A DNA stretch of 64,000 bases from an uncultured delta proteobacterium (lineage in GTDB: Bacteria > Myxococcota_A > Polyangia > Fen-1088), in contig CAVWIP010000008.1 in assembly GCA_963755125.1 (NCBI GenBank), forward strand, positions 64,001 through 128,000, given 5' to 3'. Shown in pieces: positions 20,023-32,955 of the stretch. The notes beneath the pieces are model-generated. The model saw nothing but the letters and a program-made list of their open reading frames with translations, searched no databases and had not been told where the DNA came from. A program made the translations under genes and the position numbers. The stretch's first letter is position 1. Every line of letters begins with the position of its first letter.

Positions 20023-20348
20023 TCACCCAGCCCCCCCGACGGCATGGCCAGCCCCCCAGCCACCCGCGCCAGGTCCTCCTGTGCCACCTGACGCGCCCGC
20101 TCCAGGGCCAGGTTCACCGCGCCCACCACCAGATCCTCGATCATCTTCTTGTCGTTTCCAGCCAGCAGCGACGGCTCGATGGTGATGGACAGCACTTCGC
20201 TGCGGCCGTTGACCACGCAGTGGACCAGGCCGCCGCCCGTCTCACCCTCGACCTGTTTGTCACCTAAGGCATCCTTGGCCTGGTTGAGCTGCTCCTGCAC
20301 GCGCTGCCAGGTTTCCATGAGGTTGCGCAGGTTGGGTCCGTCGGTCAT
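20019..20348 (-). CDS. ybaB: YbaB/EbfC nucleoid-associated protein
   Basis: EGETGGGLV..NG..EDLVVGAVN; between dnaX and recR. Confidence 0.92.
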   Translation of the reverse strand: MTDGPNLRNLMETWQRVQEQLNQAKDALGDKQVEGETGGGLVHCVVNGRSEVLSITIEPSLLAGNDKKMIEDLVVGAVNLALERARQVAQEDLARVAGGLAMPSGGLGE

Positions 20349-22003
20349 GGGGTCTTGATCTCCTTGGGCGCGACGCCGAACAGGTCCTGCGCCTTGCGAA
20401 TCATGGGATGCTCGCGCGCCTCGGTCTCGCGCTGGTGCTGGTCGATGTGCGCCGCCTCTGCTTCGCGGCCGACCTCGGAGCGCACCAGCGGCAGCACCTT
20501 TCCCGTCGCCATCTTCAGTTCGACCCGGGTGGCGGTGCCGGTGATCTGGGTGAGGGCGCGTTCCACTTCAGACTTGAACTTGCCGGTCTGGTCGAGGGCG
20601 AACTTCTGCGAGAACTGCAGGATGACCGCGCCGCCCTCCCAGCCGCAGACCTCGGCGTGGTCCAACGCGGCGGCCATGGCCGGCCGGTGGCCGAACGATT
20701 CGCGCACCCTACGCCACACTTCGGCGATGTCCGAATCGGGCGACAGCGCCGGAACCGACGTCGGCGCCGGCGGCACAGGCGGAGCCGACTGGCGCGTGGC
20801 GGCCCGTGGCCGCGAGTCAGGCGCCGCAGGCCGTGTTGGCAGCGCGCCAGCCCCTCCCAGCCGACCCTCCAGCTTCTCCAGGCGATCGAGCAAGTCGCCC
20901 AGTGGAAGCATGGGTTCGGCGTTACAGAGATCCACCAGCGCCATCTCCAGCAGCAGGCGCGGCGTTTGCGATCGCGCGGCGTCCTCCACCGCGCGAGCCC
21001 AGCGATCGAAGAGCGAAGTGGCCAAGCCCTTTCCGGCCTTGCCAGCCAACGCCTTGGTCTCGGCAGTTTCCTCCGCGGTCGCGTCGATCAGATCCTCGGC
21101 ATCGGGCACCGCAGTCAGGATCTCGAGATCGTGCAGAAAAGCGAGGAAGGCCCGCGCCATCTGCATGAGATCCACGCCACGGTCGACTGCATCGGCCAAG
21201 TACCGCAGGGTCTGCGCCACGTCGCGGGCCAGCACCTTGTCCGCCAGCTGGTAGAGCACGCGACGATCGGCCACGCCCAGCACCTCGGCCACTTTCTCGC
21301 GGGTCAGCGTCCCGTCACCCACGTAGGCCACCACCTGATCGAGCAGCGAAAGGCCGTCGCGCACCGAGCCCGCCGCCTCGCGCGCCACCAGTCGCACAGC
21401 CTCGGGCTCGCACGCAATCTTCTCGTTGGTCAGGATGCGCGTCAGGTGTTCGGCCAGCACCTTGCTGGGCAGCAACTTGAAGTCGTAGCGCTGGCAGCGC
21501 GACATGATGGTGGCGGGGATCTTGTGCACCTCGGTGGTCGCGAAGATGAACACCACATGCTCGGGCGGCTCCTCCAGGGTCTTAAGCAGCGCATTGAACG
21601 CGCTCACTGACAGCATGTGGACCTCGTCGATGATGTAGACCTTCTTGCGCGCCTCGGCCGGCAGGTAGCGCACGCCTTCGCGCAGCGTGCGCACATCGTC
21701 CACGCCGGTATTGGACGCGCCGTCGATCTCTTGCACATCCACGGACTGCCCGCTCGAGATGGACTGGCAGATGGAGCAGGTCCCACAGGGCGTTGCCGTC
21801 GGCCCCTGCGCGCAGCACAGCGCCCTGGCCAGAATGCGCGCAGCGCTGGTCTTGCCGATGCCGCGAGCGCCGGTGAACAGAAAGGCGTGGTGCACGCGGC
21901 CCATGTTGATGGCGTTGGTCAGCGTACGCGCCACATGCTCCTGCCCAAGAAGATCCTCGAACTTCTGCGGCCGGTACTTGCGCGCGAGAACCAGGTAAGA
22001 CAT
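20345..22003 (-). CDS. dnaX: DNA polymerase III subunit gamma/tau
   Basis: MSYLVLARKYRP, GARGIGKT, EIDGASN, DEVHMLS, KTLEEPP, SRC. Confidence 0.96.
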   Translation of the reverse strand: MSYLVLARKYRPQKFEDLLGQEHVARTLTNAINMGRVHHAFLFTGARGIGKTSAARILARALCCAQGPTATPCGTCSICQSISSGQSVDVQEIDGASNTGVDDVRTLREGVRYLPAEARKKVYIIDEVHMLSVSAFNALLKTLEEPPEHVVFIFATTEVHKIPATIMSRCQRYDFKLLPSKVLAEHLTRILTNEKIACEPEAVRLVAREAAGSVRDGLSLLDQVVAYVGDGTLTREKVAEVLGVADRRVLYQLADKVLARDVAQTLRYLADAVDRGVDLMQMARAFLAFLHDLEILTAVPDAEDLIDATAEETAETKALAGKAGKGLATSLFDRWARAVEDAARSQTPRLLLEMALVDLCNAEPMLPLGDLLDRLEKLEGRLGGAGALPTRPAAPDSRPRAATRQSAPPVPPAPTSVPALSPDSDIAEVWRRVRESFGHRPAMAAALDHAEVCGWEGGAVILQFSQKFALDQTGKFKSEVERALTQITGTATRVELKMATGKVLPLVRSEVGREAEAAHIDQHQRETEAREHPMIRKAQDLFGVAPKEIKTP

Positions 22004-22073
22004 GCATGCATATTCTGGACACAACCGGCGACAGTCAACAGGCGAACATTGACCCGGCAGCTCGAACCTCCGT

Positions 22074-22102
22074 TTGACGCGAATAAGCCCAAGGTCTACG
22101 CT
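22074..22102 (+). promoter_or_regulatory. Putative sigma70-type promoter for the kinase cassette
   Basis: TTGACG-N17-TACGCT. Confidence 0.45.
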
Positions 22103-22247
22103 GGGTGTTTACCTCCTCTCCCGTCGCAGAATTGCGTAGAACAAGAGTTGACGCACGTGACTACACGGAAACCTCATCTGGCGAGCGCGGGCACATTCCC
22201 GTGGTGCCGTTCGCAGGAGAAGATTGGCCGTGCCGGCTGAGACTCAC

Positions 22248-23636
22248 ATGGATACGCTGGTGGGCACCGTACTGGAGGGCGCGTATCGCATCACGCGCCT
22301 CATCGGCCAGGGTGGCATGGGCGCGGTGTACGAGGCCGTGCAGCTTCGCCTCAACAAGCGCGTGGCCATCAAGCTGATGGCACGCGACCTGGCCGCCAAC
22401 CACCAGGCCCTGGCGCGCTTTCACCGCGAGGCCGAAATCACCTCACACCTCGGACACCCCCATCTGGTGACCGTCGTGGATTTCGGCCAGGCCGAATCCG
22501 GCGAACCCTATCTGGTCATGGAGTATCTCGAAGGGGAGGATCTCGACCACCACCTGCGCCGCGTGGGTCACATGCCCATCGAGGCAGTAGCCCCCGTGGT
22601 CAGGCAAGTCGCCTCGGCGTTGAGCGCCGCCCACGACCAAGGCATCGTCCACCGCGATCTCAAACCCGGGAACATTTTCCTGGTGCAGATCCCGGGCGAG
22701 CCCGATTTCGTCAAGGTGCTCGACTTCGGCGTCTCAAAAATGATGGCGGCGCGCACGCGGCTGACCAACGTGAGGTCAACCCTGGGGACGCCGATCTACA
22801 TGTCGCCCGAACAGGCCGCTGGCATGGTCGAAGAGATCGACCACCGCGTCGACCAGTGGGCGCTGGCCTGCATCGCCTGGGAAATGCTGCTGGGTCGCCC
22901 TCCCTTCGTGGCCGACGACGTGACCGCGCTTCTCTTCCAGATCGTCAAGATGGACCCGCAACCGCTGACCCCGCGCGTGCCGGGCCTGCCGCCGGCCGTG
23001 GAGACAGAGTTGCGGCGCGCACTGAACAAGCGACCGGCGGATCGGTTTCCGACAATTCGAGCGTTTTCCCGCGCCTTCGCGACCGCCGCGTTCGGCCAGC
23101 CACCCGACGTGACGCCGGCGCCGGTGCTGTTGTCGTCCATTTCGCCGGCTGTCGCGAAGATCGGGCCGAGCGAGGCGCTCGTTGCAAACACACCCGACAC
23201 TCCTCTCGCTGCCGGAACCCCGCCGGATAAGAGCACGCCCCAAGCCGCATCGCCGCCGGTCGGCTCCGCCACGGTCGAGGTGCGACGACGGAGAAGAATC
23301 AAGCCGGTTCATGCCATGGTCGCGGCGGCTGTCGCGCTCCTGCTGCTCGGGGCATTTGTGCTCGTTCGTTGGAACGCGCTTCCCAAACCGGCGAGCACGA
23401 AGAACCCGGTCAGCGCGCCGACGATCATGGCGCCACTGCCACCGCCGCCGGCGCCTCCGGCGGCCAAGCCGGAACCCTCGCCAGTCCAACCAGCTTCGGT
23501 CGAGCCCGAGTCCCCGCCCAAGAAGCCCGGCAAGCCCGCCAAGACCGCATCCCCCGCCGGCCGAGAGAGAGCCAAGCGGCCCACCACGCCATCCCCACTG
23601 TCCAAGCCCAAACGGCAATTGATCAAGGACCTGTGA
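22248..23636 (+). CDS. Hanks-type Ser/Thr protein kinase with TM helix and Pro-rich tail
   Basis: [33 protein letters not shown] segment [18 protein letters not shown]. Confidence 0.92.
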   Translation: MDTLVGTVLEGAYRITRLIGQGGMGAVYEAVQLRLNKRVAIKLMARDLAANHQALARFHREAEITSHLGHPHLVTVVDFGQAESGEPYLVMEYLEGEDLDHHLRRVGHMPIEAVAPVVRQVASALSAAHDQGIVHRDLKPGNIFLVQIPGEPDFVKVLDFGVSKMMAARTRLTNVRSTLGTPIYMSPEQAAGMVEEIDHRVDQWALACIAWEMLLGRPPFVADDVTALLFQIVKMDPQPLTPRVPGLPPAVETELRRALNKRPADRFPTIRAFSRAFATAAFGQPPDVTPAPVLLSSISPAVAKIGPSEALVANTPDTPLAAGTPPDKSTPQAASPPVGSATVEVRRRRRIKPVHAMVAAAVALLLLGAFVLVRWNALPKPASTKNPVSAPTIMAPLPPPPAPPAAKPEPSPVQPASVEPESPPKKPGKPAKTASPAGRERAKRPTTPSPLSKPKRQLIKDL

Positions 23637-23729
23637 GCCCGTGACGGACTCCAAGCGCGCGTTTCATAGCTAAAGACGCCGCGCATTGCTGTCGAGATAT
23701 AATTCGTTCCCGCTGGGGGATGCTGCATC

Positions 23730-24755
23730 ATGTGCACGAGTGCCCTTGTTCTCCTCTCGCTTCTCGCTCAGCTCTCGCCGCCCGTCGCCGATCCGCAGGC
23801 CAAGGCCCGGGCGCAGATCCTGCTGACCGAGGGCTCGGCACTTTACGAGAAGGGCGACTACGCGGGTGCGCTGGAGAAGTTCAATGCTGCCTACGCCGCC
23901 TATCCATCGCCCAAGTTGATGTTCAACATCGGCCAGGCTGATCGCGATCTCAGCCGGCCCGTCGAAGCCTTGGAAGCCTTTGAGAAGTTTCTGGCCAGTA
24001 ACACCGGCGCCGCGTCCGAGACGATCGCTGATGCGCGCAAGTCCGTGGCTGAGTTGCGGGACAAGCTGGGACGGATCCGTATCGATTGCGAGACGCTGGG
24101 CGCGGAGGTGAACGTCGACGGCAAGAGCGTAGGCCTCACACCGTTGCCCGATCTCGTCTGGGCGACGCCAGGCCGGCACCAGATCACGGCCAGCCACGAG
24201 AACACGATCCCGGCACTGGAAAATGTCGACGTGACAGCCTCTTCGGTGGGGACGGTGACCCTGCGGCTGCGGCCGTTGGCGATTCCCGTGGCCGCCGAGC
24301 CGGCACCGGAGCCCATGGCGGTCCCGCCTCCATCTCCCGCGAACCCCGACCGGGGAACCAGCCCTGCGCCAGTCCCCGCGAACATCGACTTGGCGTCCAG
24401 CCCCGCGCAAGACGGCGCCGGCAAGGGTTGGTGGCTGGGCCGGAAATGGACCTGGGTCGCCGCCGGTTCTACCGTGCTGTTGGCAGCGGGCGCCATCGCT
24501 GCTGGCCTGGCGATGCAGTCCAGATTCGACAGTTTGGACAAGTCGTGCGGCGACGGCAACCAAAGCCGTCCCGGCTGCACCGACGGTGACATCAGCTCGG
24601 TTCGTTCGCGCGAGATCACGGCCAACGTGTTCTGGGGTCTGGCCGGCGCCGCCGCCGTGACCACCGGTGTGCTGTTCTATTTCGAGGGCCGACCGGTGAG
24701 CGTCTCGCCAGTCGCTGGGGCCACTACAGGCTTCGTCGCGGCGGTGAGGTACTAA
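23730..24755 (+). CDS. TPR + PEGA-domain protein
   Basis: GSALYEKGDYAGALEKF..FNIGQ (TPR); GAEVNVDGKSVG..PGRHQI (PEGA); C-terminal hydrophobic hairpin. Confidence 0.8.
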   Translation: MCTSALVLLSLLAQLSPPVADPQAKARAQILLTEGSALYEKGDYAGALEKFNAAYAAYPSPKLMFNIGQADRDLSRPVEALEAFEKFLASNTGAASETIADARKSVAELRDKLGRIRIDCETLGAEVNVDGKSVGLTPLPDLVWATPGRHQITASHENTIPALENVDVTASSVGTVTLRLRPLAIPVAAEPAPEPMAVPPPSPANPDRGTSPAPVPANIDLASSPAQDGAGKGWWLGRKWTWVAAGSTVLLAAGAIAAGLAMQSRFDSLDKSCGDGNQSRPGCTDGDISSVRSREITANVFWGLAGAAAVTTGVLFYFEGRPVSVSPVAGATTGFVAAVRY

Positions 24756-24757
24756 CC

Positions 24758-26701
24758 TTGAAAGCGACCTTTCACCTGCCCGCACGCCTCGAAGTCCTCG
24801 GCCCCTGTCTGATCGCCGCGCTGGCCGCGGCGTGTACCTTCGACGCCAGCAGACTGCGCCACTTCCATGACGGTGCTGCTGCGACAACCGACATCAGCGC
24901 CCCTGAGACCATCAGCGACACCGATGTTCCCGCCGCCATGGACGGCAGCGAGACGCCTGCAGAAACAGGTGGTGTCGGTGGAAACGACGGCCCGACTGGA
25001 ACCGGAGGAGCAGGCGCCCCCGACGGACCCATCTCGACGGGCGGTGCCGGGGGCATTGGCGGCGCTGGCGGAACCGGGGGTTCGATGATTCTTGACGCTG
25101 CGGTGGACGCTCCGGGCACCACCACGGACGGCAGCGATACGCCCGTGACAACAGGTGGCGTTGGCGGAAACGACGCCCCGATTGATACCGGAGAAGCCAC
25201 CGACGGACCCATCTCGACCGGCGGAGCCGGGGGCGCTGGTGGCTCCGGCGGGACTGGTGGATGGATGGCGCCTGACGCTACCGTGGAGGCTCTGGGCACC
25301 GCGGCTGAAGTTACTGCAGACGCCCCAGACGCGAGCTGTGGCGCTTCCAGCCAGACTTGCTGCGCGGGAAGTACTTGCGCAGGAGGACGCTGCTGCGTGA
25401 CCAGCACCTGCGTGGCCAACGGCGCTGCGTGTTCGGATGGGAGTGTCTGCATCTCGGGCTCCTGTTTTTCGTCTGCGAGTCTCGTGGCGTCACTCTCGGG
25501 GTCCGCGTTCGGCTCGGTCCTTGTCGGTCAGTCGAGCAACGTTGCGGCCTTCAGCATCACAAATAATGGCCAGCAATCCAGCGGGCCGATCATCGTGACG
25601 TCAAATAGCACCGCCTTTGTGGTCCAGAGCGGGAGTGCCGGCGATTGCGTATCCGGCGCTACTGTCCTAGTCGCGGGCGCGTCGTGCACGGTACGCGTTG
25701 TCTTCGCGCCCAAGACGGCGGGGCCAGCTTCGGCCCAAGTTGCCTTCTCGGCCACGCCGGGCGGCGGCTCGTCTGTCGCCGTGTCCGGCACCGGCACCTG
25801 CCCCACGGACCAACTGGGCGACACGACAGGAACCTGCGTTGCGATGGCCGGGGTCACGTGGACGCAGCGAGGAACGTCGCAAGGTTGGTATTCGGTAGCC
25901 TCGTCATCGGATGGCACAAAGGCGGTGGCGGTAGTCTATGGCGGCAACATCTACACATCAGCGAACAGCGGGGTGACGTGGACGCCGCAGGCCACGGCGC
26001 GGAACTGGATTTCCGTGGCGTCATCGTCGGATGGGACGAAACTGGTGGCCGCGGTCGCCAATGGCAACATCTACACGTCGGCGGACTCCGGGGTGACCTG
26101 GACGCCACAGGCCACGGTGCAGAATTGGTATACGGTAGCGTCCTCGGCGGACGGAACCATGCTGGTGGCCGCGGTCAAGAGCAACTACATCTACACGTCG
26201 ACGGACTCCGGGGCAACGTGGACCCTGCAGGGTGCGGCGCGGGGCTGGACGTCCGTGGCGTCGTCGTCGGACGGGACCATGCTGGTGGCCGGCACCTGGG
26301 GTGGCAACATCTACACGTCGGTGAACTCCGGGGTGACCTGGACGCCACAGGGTGCTGCGCGGAACTGGAACTCCGTGGCGTCATCTGCCGACGGGACGAT
26401 GCTGGTGGCCGTGGACGGTACCCCTGGCCTCATCTACACGTCTTCGAACTCAGGGTTGACGTGGACGCCGCAGGGAACGTCGCAAACGTGGAGAGCCGTG
26501 ACATCATCGGCGAACGGGAAGGACATCGTGGCAGCGGTCGCAGGTGGCAACATCTACACTTCGACGGACTTTGGCGTGACATGGAAGTCACGGGATTCGG
26601 CGCGGAACTGGATCTCCGTGGCATCGTCGGCGGACGGGACGAAACTGATCGCGGTGGTCAACAACGGGTACGTCTACACGTCGAGCGGTCCAGTGCCGTG
26701 A
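24758..26701 (+). CDS. Lipoprotein: Gly/Thr linker, Cys-rich segment, Ig-like domain, 7-repeat Asp-box beta-propeller
   Basis: LAAAC lipobox; [17 protein letters not shown]g-like motif; seven WxSVASSxDG..YTSxDSGxTW repeats. Confidence 0.75.
   Translation: MKATFHLPARLEVLGPCLIAALAAACTFDASRLRHFHDGAAATTDISAPETISDTDVPAAMDGSETPAETGGVGGNDGPTGTGGAGAPDGPISTGGAGGIGGAGGTGGSMILDAAVDAPGTTTDGSDTPVTTGGVGGNDAPIDTGEATDGPISTGGAGGAGGSGGTGGWMAPDATVEALGTAAEVTADAPDASCGASSQTCCAGSTCAGGRCCVTSTCVANGAACSDGSVCISGSCFSSASLVASLSGSAFGSVLVGQSSNVAAFSITNNGQQSSGPIIVTSNSTAFVVQSGSAGDCVSGATVLVAGASCTVRVVFAPKTAGPASAQVAFSATPGGGSSVAVSGTGTCPTDQLGDTTGTCVAMAGVTWTQRGTSQGWYSVASSSDGTKAVAVVYGGNIYTSANSGVTWTPQATARNWISVASSSDGTKLVAAVANGNIYTSADSGVTWTPQATVQNWYTVASSADGTMLVAAVKSNYIYTSTDSGATWTLQGAARGWTSVASSSDGTMLVAGTWGGNIYTSVNSGVTWTPQGAARNWNSVASSADGTMLVAVDGTPGLIYTSSNSGLTWTPQGTSQTWRAVTSSANGKDIVAAVAGGNIYTSTDFGVTWKSRDSARNWISVASSADGTKLIAVVNNGYVYTSSGPVP
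24941..25300 (+). repeat. Two-copy ~60-aa internal duplication in the lipoprotein linker
   Basis: [29 protein letters not shown] vs [29 protein letters not shown]. Confidence 0.7.
25853..26698 (+). repeat. Seven tandem ~120-bp coding repeats (propeller blades)
   Basis: Recurrent catctacac..gtgacgtggacgccgcag units spaced ~120 nt apart; 40-aa period. Confidence 0.85.
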
Positions 26702-26807
26702 TCGGGGCACCACGCCCGCAAACCAGACTCCGACCACCGCCGCCATCAACGCGGCCGCTGCCTATTTGGGCGCGGTGAATGATGGCCCACCCCACTACCT
26801 GGATTCC

Positions 26808-26836
26808 CTTGTCCCGCGGAGCGGCGTGCCTATTCT
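26808..26836 (+). promoter_or_regulatory. Putative clpB promoter
   Basis: TTGTCC-N16-TATTCT; can also be read as CTTG-N17-CCTAT. Confidence 0.35.
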
Positions 26837-26855
26837 GTGGTCAGGGAACCAACCC

Positions 26856-29454
<2,599 letters not shown>

Positions 29455-29462
29455 TGGCAACG

Positions 29463-30386
29463 ATGAAGGACCTCTACAAAATCCTGGGCGTTTCCGAAGA
29501 CGCGAGCGAGGACGCGATCAAGAAGGCGTACCGCAAGCTGGCCAAGGAGAATCACCCGGACGCCACCGGCGGGGACAAGAAGAAGACCGAACGCTTCAAG
29601 GAGGTCAACGAAGCCTACACGGTTCTCTCCGACCAGCAGAAGCGACGCGAGTACGACCGTCTGCGGGCGGCGCCGGTGGGCGCGGACGGCATGCCCGAGG
29701 GTTTCGACCCGGACGCCTTCGCGCAGGTCTTCGGTGGGGGCAGCGGCGGCGCACAGATGGGCGGCTTCGGCGATCTGGGCGACATGTTTGCCAACCTGTT
29801 CGGAAACGCGGGGCAGTTCACGCGCGGTCGCGGCCGCAGCCGTGCCCAGGCACGGGGCGCGGACATGGTGGGCAACCTGCAGGTCACGTTCAAGGACGCT
29901 GCCCTCGGTGCGCGCCAGACGCTTCGCTCGGGAAGCGGGAAATCCGTGGACGTCAACATCCCCGCCGGCGTCGAGACCGGGGCTCGCCTGCGCGTGCCGG
30001 GACAGGGCGCGCTCGCACCCCGGTCAGGCCAGCCCGGAGATCTCTACCTGGACATCGTCGTGCAACCGGACGCCCACCTGCGCCGTAGCGGGGATGACGT
30101 CGAGCTGGCGCTGCCGCTCACGCTGGGTGAGGCCGTGCTTGGCACGCAGATCGATGTTCCGACTCTCGATGGGACGGTCAGACTGACCATACCACCCGGG
30201 ACCTCAAGCGGCGCCAAACTGCGCCTGCGCGGGAAGGGAATCAAGCGGCCCGAGGGTGGCCGTGGCGACCAGCTCTGCCGTGTCGAGATCATCGTCCCGC
30301 GTCTCAAACCCGATGACGTCGAGTCCCGTCGCCTGGCCGAGGAGTTGGAAAGTCGGACTCGGCCCTCGAAGATACGGACATTCTGA
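29463..30386 (+). CDS. DnaJ-class co-chaperone without zinc finger (CbpA-like)
   Basis: J domain with HPD, G/F-rich region, DnaJ C-terminal domain, no CxxCxGxG. Confidence 0.88.
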   Translation: MKDLYKILGVSEDASEDAIKKAYRKLAKENHPDATGGDKKKTERFKEVNEAYTVLSDQQKRREYDRLRAAPVGADGMPEGFDPDAFAQVFGGGSGGAQMGGFGDLGDMFANLFGNAGQFTRGRGRSRAQARGADMVGNLQVTFKDAALGARQTLRSGSGKSVDVNIPAGVETGARLRVPGQGALAPRSGQPGDLYLDIVVQPDAHLRRSGDDVELALPLTLGEAVLGTQIDVPTLDGTVRLTIPPGTSSGAKLRLRGKGIKRPEGGRGDQLCRVEIIVPRLKPDDVESRRLAEELESRTRPSKIRTF

Positions 30387-30492
30387 TGCAAGCTGACATC
30401 GACAGGGTCGACACGGCTGGCCGCAGCGACGATTTTTCGGCGCCTGCGTACTTGCGGTTCCGGCTCTGCCGGCCTAGTTTTGGAGCAATAAG

Positions 30493-32865
30493 ATGACGCC
30501 CCCAGAAGGCTCACGATCGCTTCCCCTGCTCTCTTTGCGGAACCTTGTGCTGTTTCCCGGCGCGGTCATGCCCGTGGAAATCGGACGCCTGTCGTCGCTG
30601 CGGCTGATCGAGAGCCTGCCGGGCAAGGGTGTCCACTTGCTGGTCGGAACGCAGAAAGACGCGGACGTGGAAGAGCCCGCGGGCGCTGACCTGTATGGTG
30701 TCTGCGTCGAGGGCGAGGTCGTGCGCATCGTCAAGGCGGCCGAGAACCGGGTGACCGCGGTCCTTCGGGGCGTCGAAAGACGGCGCATCACCGGCTTCGT
30801 GCAGGAGAAGCCGTTCCTGGTCGCCACCTATGATCCGCTGGTCGAGATTCGCAAGGATCCCATCGAGATCGACGGACTGGGCATGGCGGTTTACGACGTG
30901 GCCAAGCAGCTTATCGCCATCTCGCCCGACATTCCCGACGAGGCGGCCCAGATCCTGGACCAGAACAAGGATCCGGCGCGCCTGGGCGACATCGCTGCCG
31001 CCACCGTAGATCTGTCGGCCGAAGAGCGCGCCTCGCTTCTCGTCGAGGTGGACGTGGCCGAGCGCTTGCGCCGCCTGCTGGTTCTCCTGCAGCGCAAGGT
31101 CGAACTGATCAAGGTCAAGCAAAAGATCGACACCCAGGTGCGCGAGGAGTTCTCCAAGCACCAGCGCGAGGCGGTCCTGCGCCAGAAGTTGAAGGCCATC
31201 CAGGACGAGCTGGGCGAAGGCGACGAAGGCAGCGATCTCGATTCCTTTGAAGAGAAGATCAAGGCCTCCGGCATGGCCGAGGACACCGCCAAGGTGGCGC
31301 GCAAGCAGCTCGAACGCCTGCGCCAGATGGCGCCTTCGTCAGCCGAGTACACCGTGCAGCGCACCTACCTGGAATGGCTGGTCGAGCTGCCCTGGTCGAA
31401 GGCGACCACCGACACGCTCGACCTGGACCAGGCGCGCAAGGTGTTGGATGCCGACCACTACGACCTGCAGAAGGTGAAGAAGCGGGTGCTGGAATACCTG
31501 GCCGTGCGCAAGCTGGCGCCCGGGAAGAAGGGACCGATTCTCTGCCTGGTGGGCCCCCCCGGCGTGGGCAAGACCTCGCTGGGCAAGTCGGTGGCCCGAT
31601 CGCTGTCGCGCGAGTTCGTTCGGGCTTCGCTGGGCGGGGTGCGCGACGAGGCGGAGATCCGCGGCCACCGCCGCACGTACATCGGCGCCCTGCCTGGCCG
31701 GGTCATCCAGAGCATGCGGCGCGTGGGCACGCGCAACCCGGTGTTTATGCTCGACGAGATCGACAAGCTGGGTGCCGACTTCCGCGGCGATCCTGCGGCA
31801 GCCCTGCTGGAAGTTCTGGACCCCGAACAGAACAACGCGTTTTCCGACCACTACCTCGAGGTCAACTTCGACCTGTCCAGTGTCATCTTTATTGCCACGG
31901 CCAACACGCTGGAAACCATCCCACCCGCTCTGCTCGATCGCATGGAGGTGCTGGAAATTCCCGGCTACACGCGCGAGGAGAAGCTGGAGATCGCCAAGCG
32001 CCACCTGGTGCCCAAGCAGATCTCCGAGCACGGACTGGATGAGAGGCAGATCAGCTTCGACGAGGAAAGCCTGACCACCATCATCGAGCAGTACACGCGC
32101 GAGGCCGGCGTGCGCAATCTGGAGCGCGAGGTGGCCAACGTCATCCGCGGCGTCGCGGTCAAGGTGGCGGAGAACTTGTTCTACCAGCCTAAGCTCGACC
32201 CGGCGCAAATCGCCGATTTCCTGGGGCCGCAGAAGTTCTTCTCCGAGGTGGCCGAGCGAACCGAGGTGCCCGGCGTGGCCACTGGCCTGGCCTGGATGCC
32301 CACCGGCGGCGACATCCTGTTCATCGAGGCGTCGCAGATGCCGGGCAAGGGTACTCTCATCCTCACCGGCCACCTGGGCGACGTGATGAAGGAATCGGCC
32401 CGTGCGGCCCTGTCGTGGGTGCGCACCCATGTCGAGGAGTTCAACCTGAACCCGGATTTCGAGAAGCTGGACGTGCACCTGCACGTGCCGGCCGGAGCCG
32501 TGTCAAAGGACGGTCCTTCGGCGGGCGTGGCCATGATCGTCGCGCTGGTGTCGCTGTTCACCGGCCGTCGCGTGCGCGGGGACGTGGCCATGACCGGCGA
32601 GATCACCTTGCGCGGCAGCGTGCTGCCGGTGGGTGGAATCAAGGAGAAGGTTCTGGCCGCGCACCGGGCCGGGATCAGGCGAGTGATTCTTCCCGATCGC
32701 AACCGCAAGGACATGGTCGACATCCCCGAGAGTGTCCGCAAGGATCTGGAATTGGTCTTCGTCAAGCGCATCCAGGAAGCTCTCGAGCTGACCCTGGAGT
32801 CGGTGCCGGTCGTGGTGGCCGGTCCGGATTCCGGATCGCCCGAGGGCACCTCGGCCCGGGCGTAG
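30493..32865 (+). CDS. lon: Lon protease (endopeptidase La)
   Basis: GPPGVGKT, GHRRTYIG, LDEIDK, KDGPSAG, VGGIKEK. Confidence 0.96.
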   Translation: MTPPEGSRSLPLLSLRNLVLFPGAVMPVEIGRLSSLRLIESLPGKGVHLLVGTQKDADVEEPAGADLYGVCVEGEVVRIVKAAENRVTAVLRGVERRRITGFVQEKPFLVATYDPLVEIRKDPIEIDGLGMAVYDVAKQLIAISPDIPDEAAQILDQNKDPARLGDIAAATVDLSAEERASLLVEVDVAERLRRLLVLLQRKVELIKVKQKIDTQVREEFSKHQREAVLRQKLKAIQDELGEGDEGSDLDSFEEKIKASGMAEDTAKVARKQLERLRQMAPSSAEYTVQRTYLEWLVELPWSKATTDTLDLDQARKVLDADHYDLQKVKKRVLEYLAVRKLAPGKKGPILCLVGPPGVGKTSLGKSVARSLSREFVRASLGGVRDEAEIRGHRRTYIGALPGRVIQSMRRVGTRNPVFMLDEIDKLGADFRGDPAAALLEVLDPEQNNAFSDHYLEVNFDLSSVIFIATANTLETIPPALLDRMEVLEIPGYTREEKLEIAKRHLVPKQISEHGLDERQISFDEESLTTIIEQYTREAGVRNLEREVANVIRGVAVKVAENLFYQPKLDPAQIADFLGPQKFFSEVAERTEVPGVATGLAWMPTGGDILFIEASQMPGKGTLILTGHLGDVMKESARAALSWVRTHVEEFNLNPDFEKLDVHLHVPAGAVSKDGPSAGVAMIVALVSLFTGRRVRGDVAMTGEITLRGSVLPVGGIKEKVLAAHRAGIRRVILPDRNRKDMVDIPESVRKDLELVFVKRIQEALELTLESVPVVVAGPDSGSPEGTSARA

Positions 32866-32875
32866 AGCGGCGCAA

Positions 32876-32947
32876 TCGCGTGGGAAGCCGGGTGGAGGTG
32901 GCGGATGAGGGGCCGAAGGGCGGAGCGAACCCTTTGGGGGTTCCCAT
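32876..32947 (+). repeat. Palindromic dispersed repeat, copy A (intergenic, internally deleted)
   Basis: tcgcgtgggaagcc..gggtggaggtggcgg..ggggccgaagggcggagcgaaccct..gggttcccat, sharing ends with the copies at 38390 and 40252. Confidence 0.75.
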
Positions 32948-32955
32948 GCAGATCG

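Noticed and set aside
20345..22003. Programmed frameshift in dnaX
   Set aside because: No A-run slippery site seen
22004..22247. SRP RNA (ffs) or tRNA, often found upstream of dnaX
   Set aside because: No SRP core (CAGG..GGAAGGAAGCAG) or tRNA cloverleaf/T-loop visible on either strand
25853..26698. CRISPR-like periodicity
   Set aside because: The period is 120 nt, in frame and degenerate throughout; it is explained by protein propeller repeats
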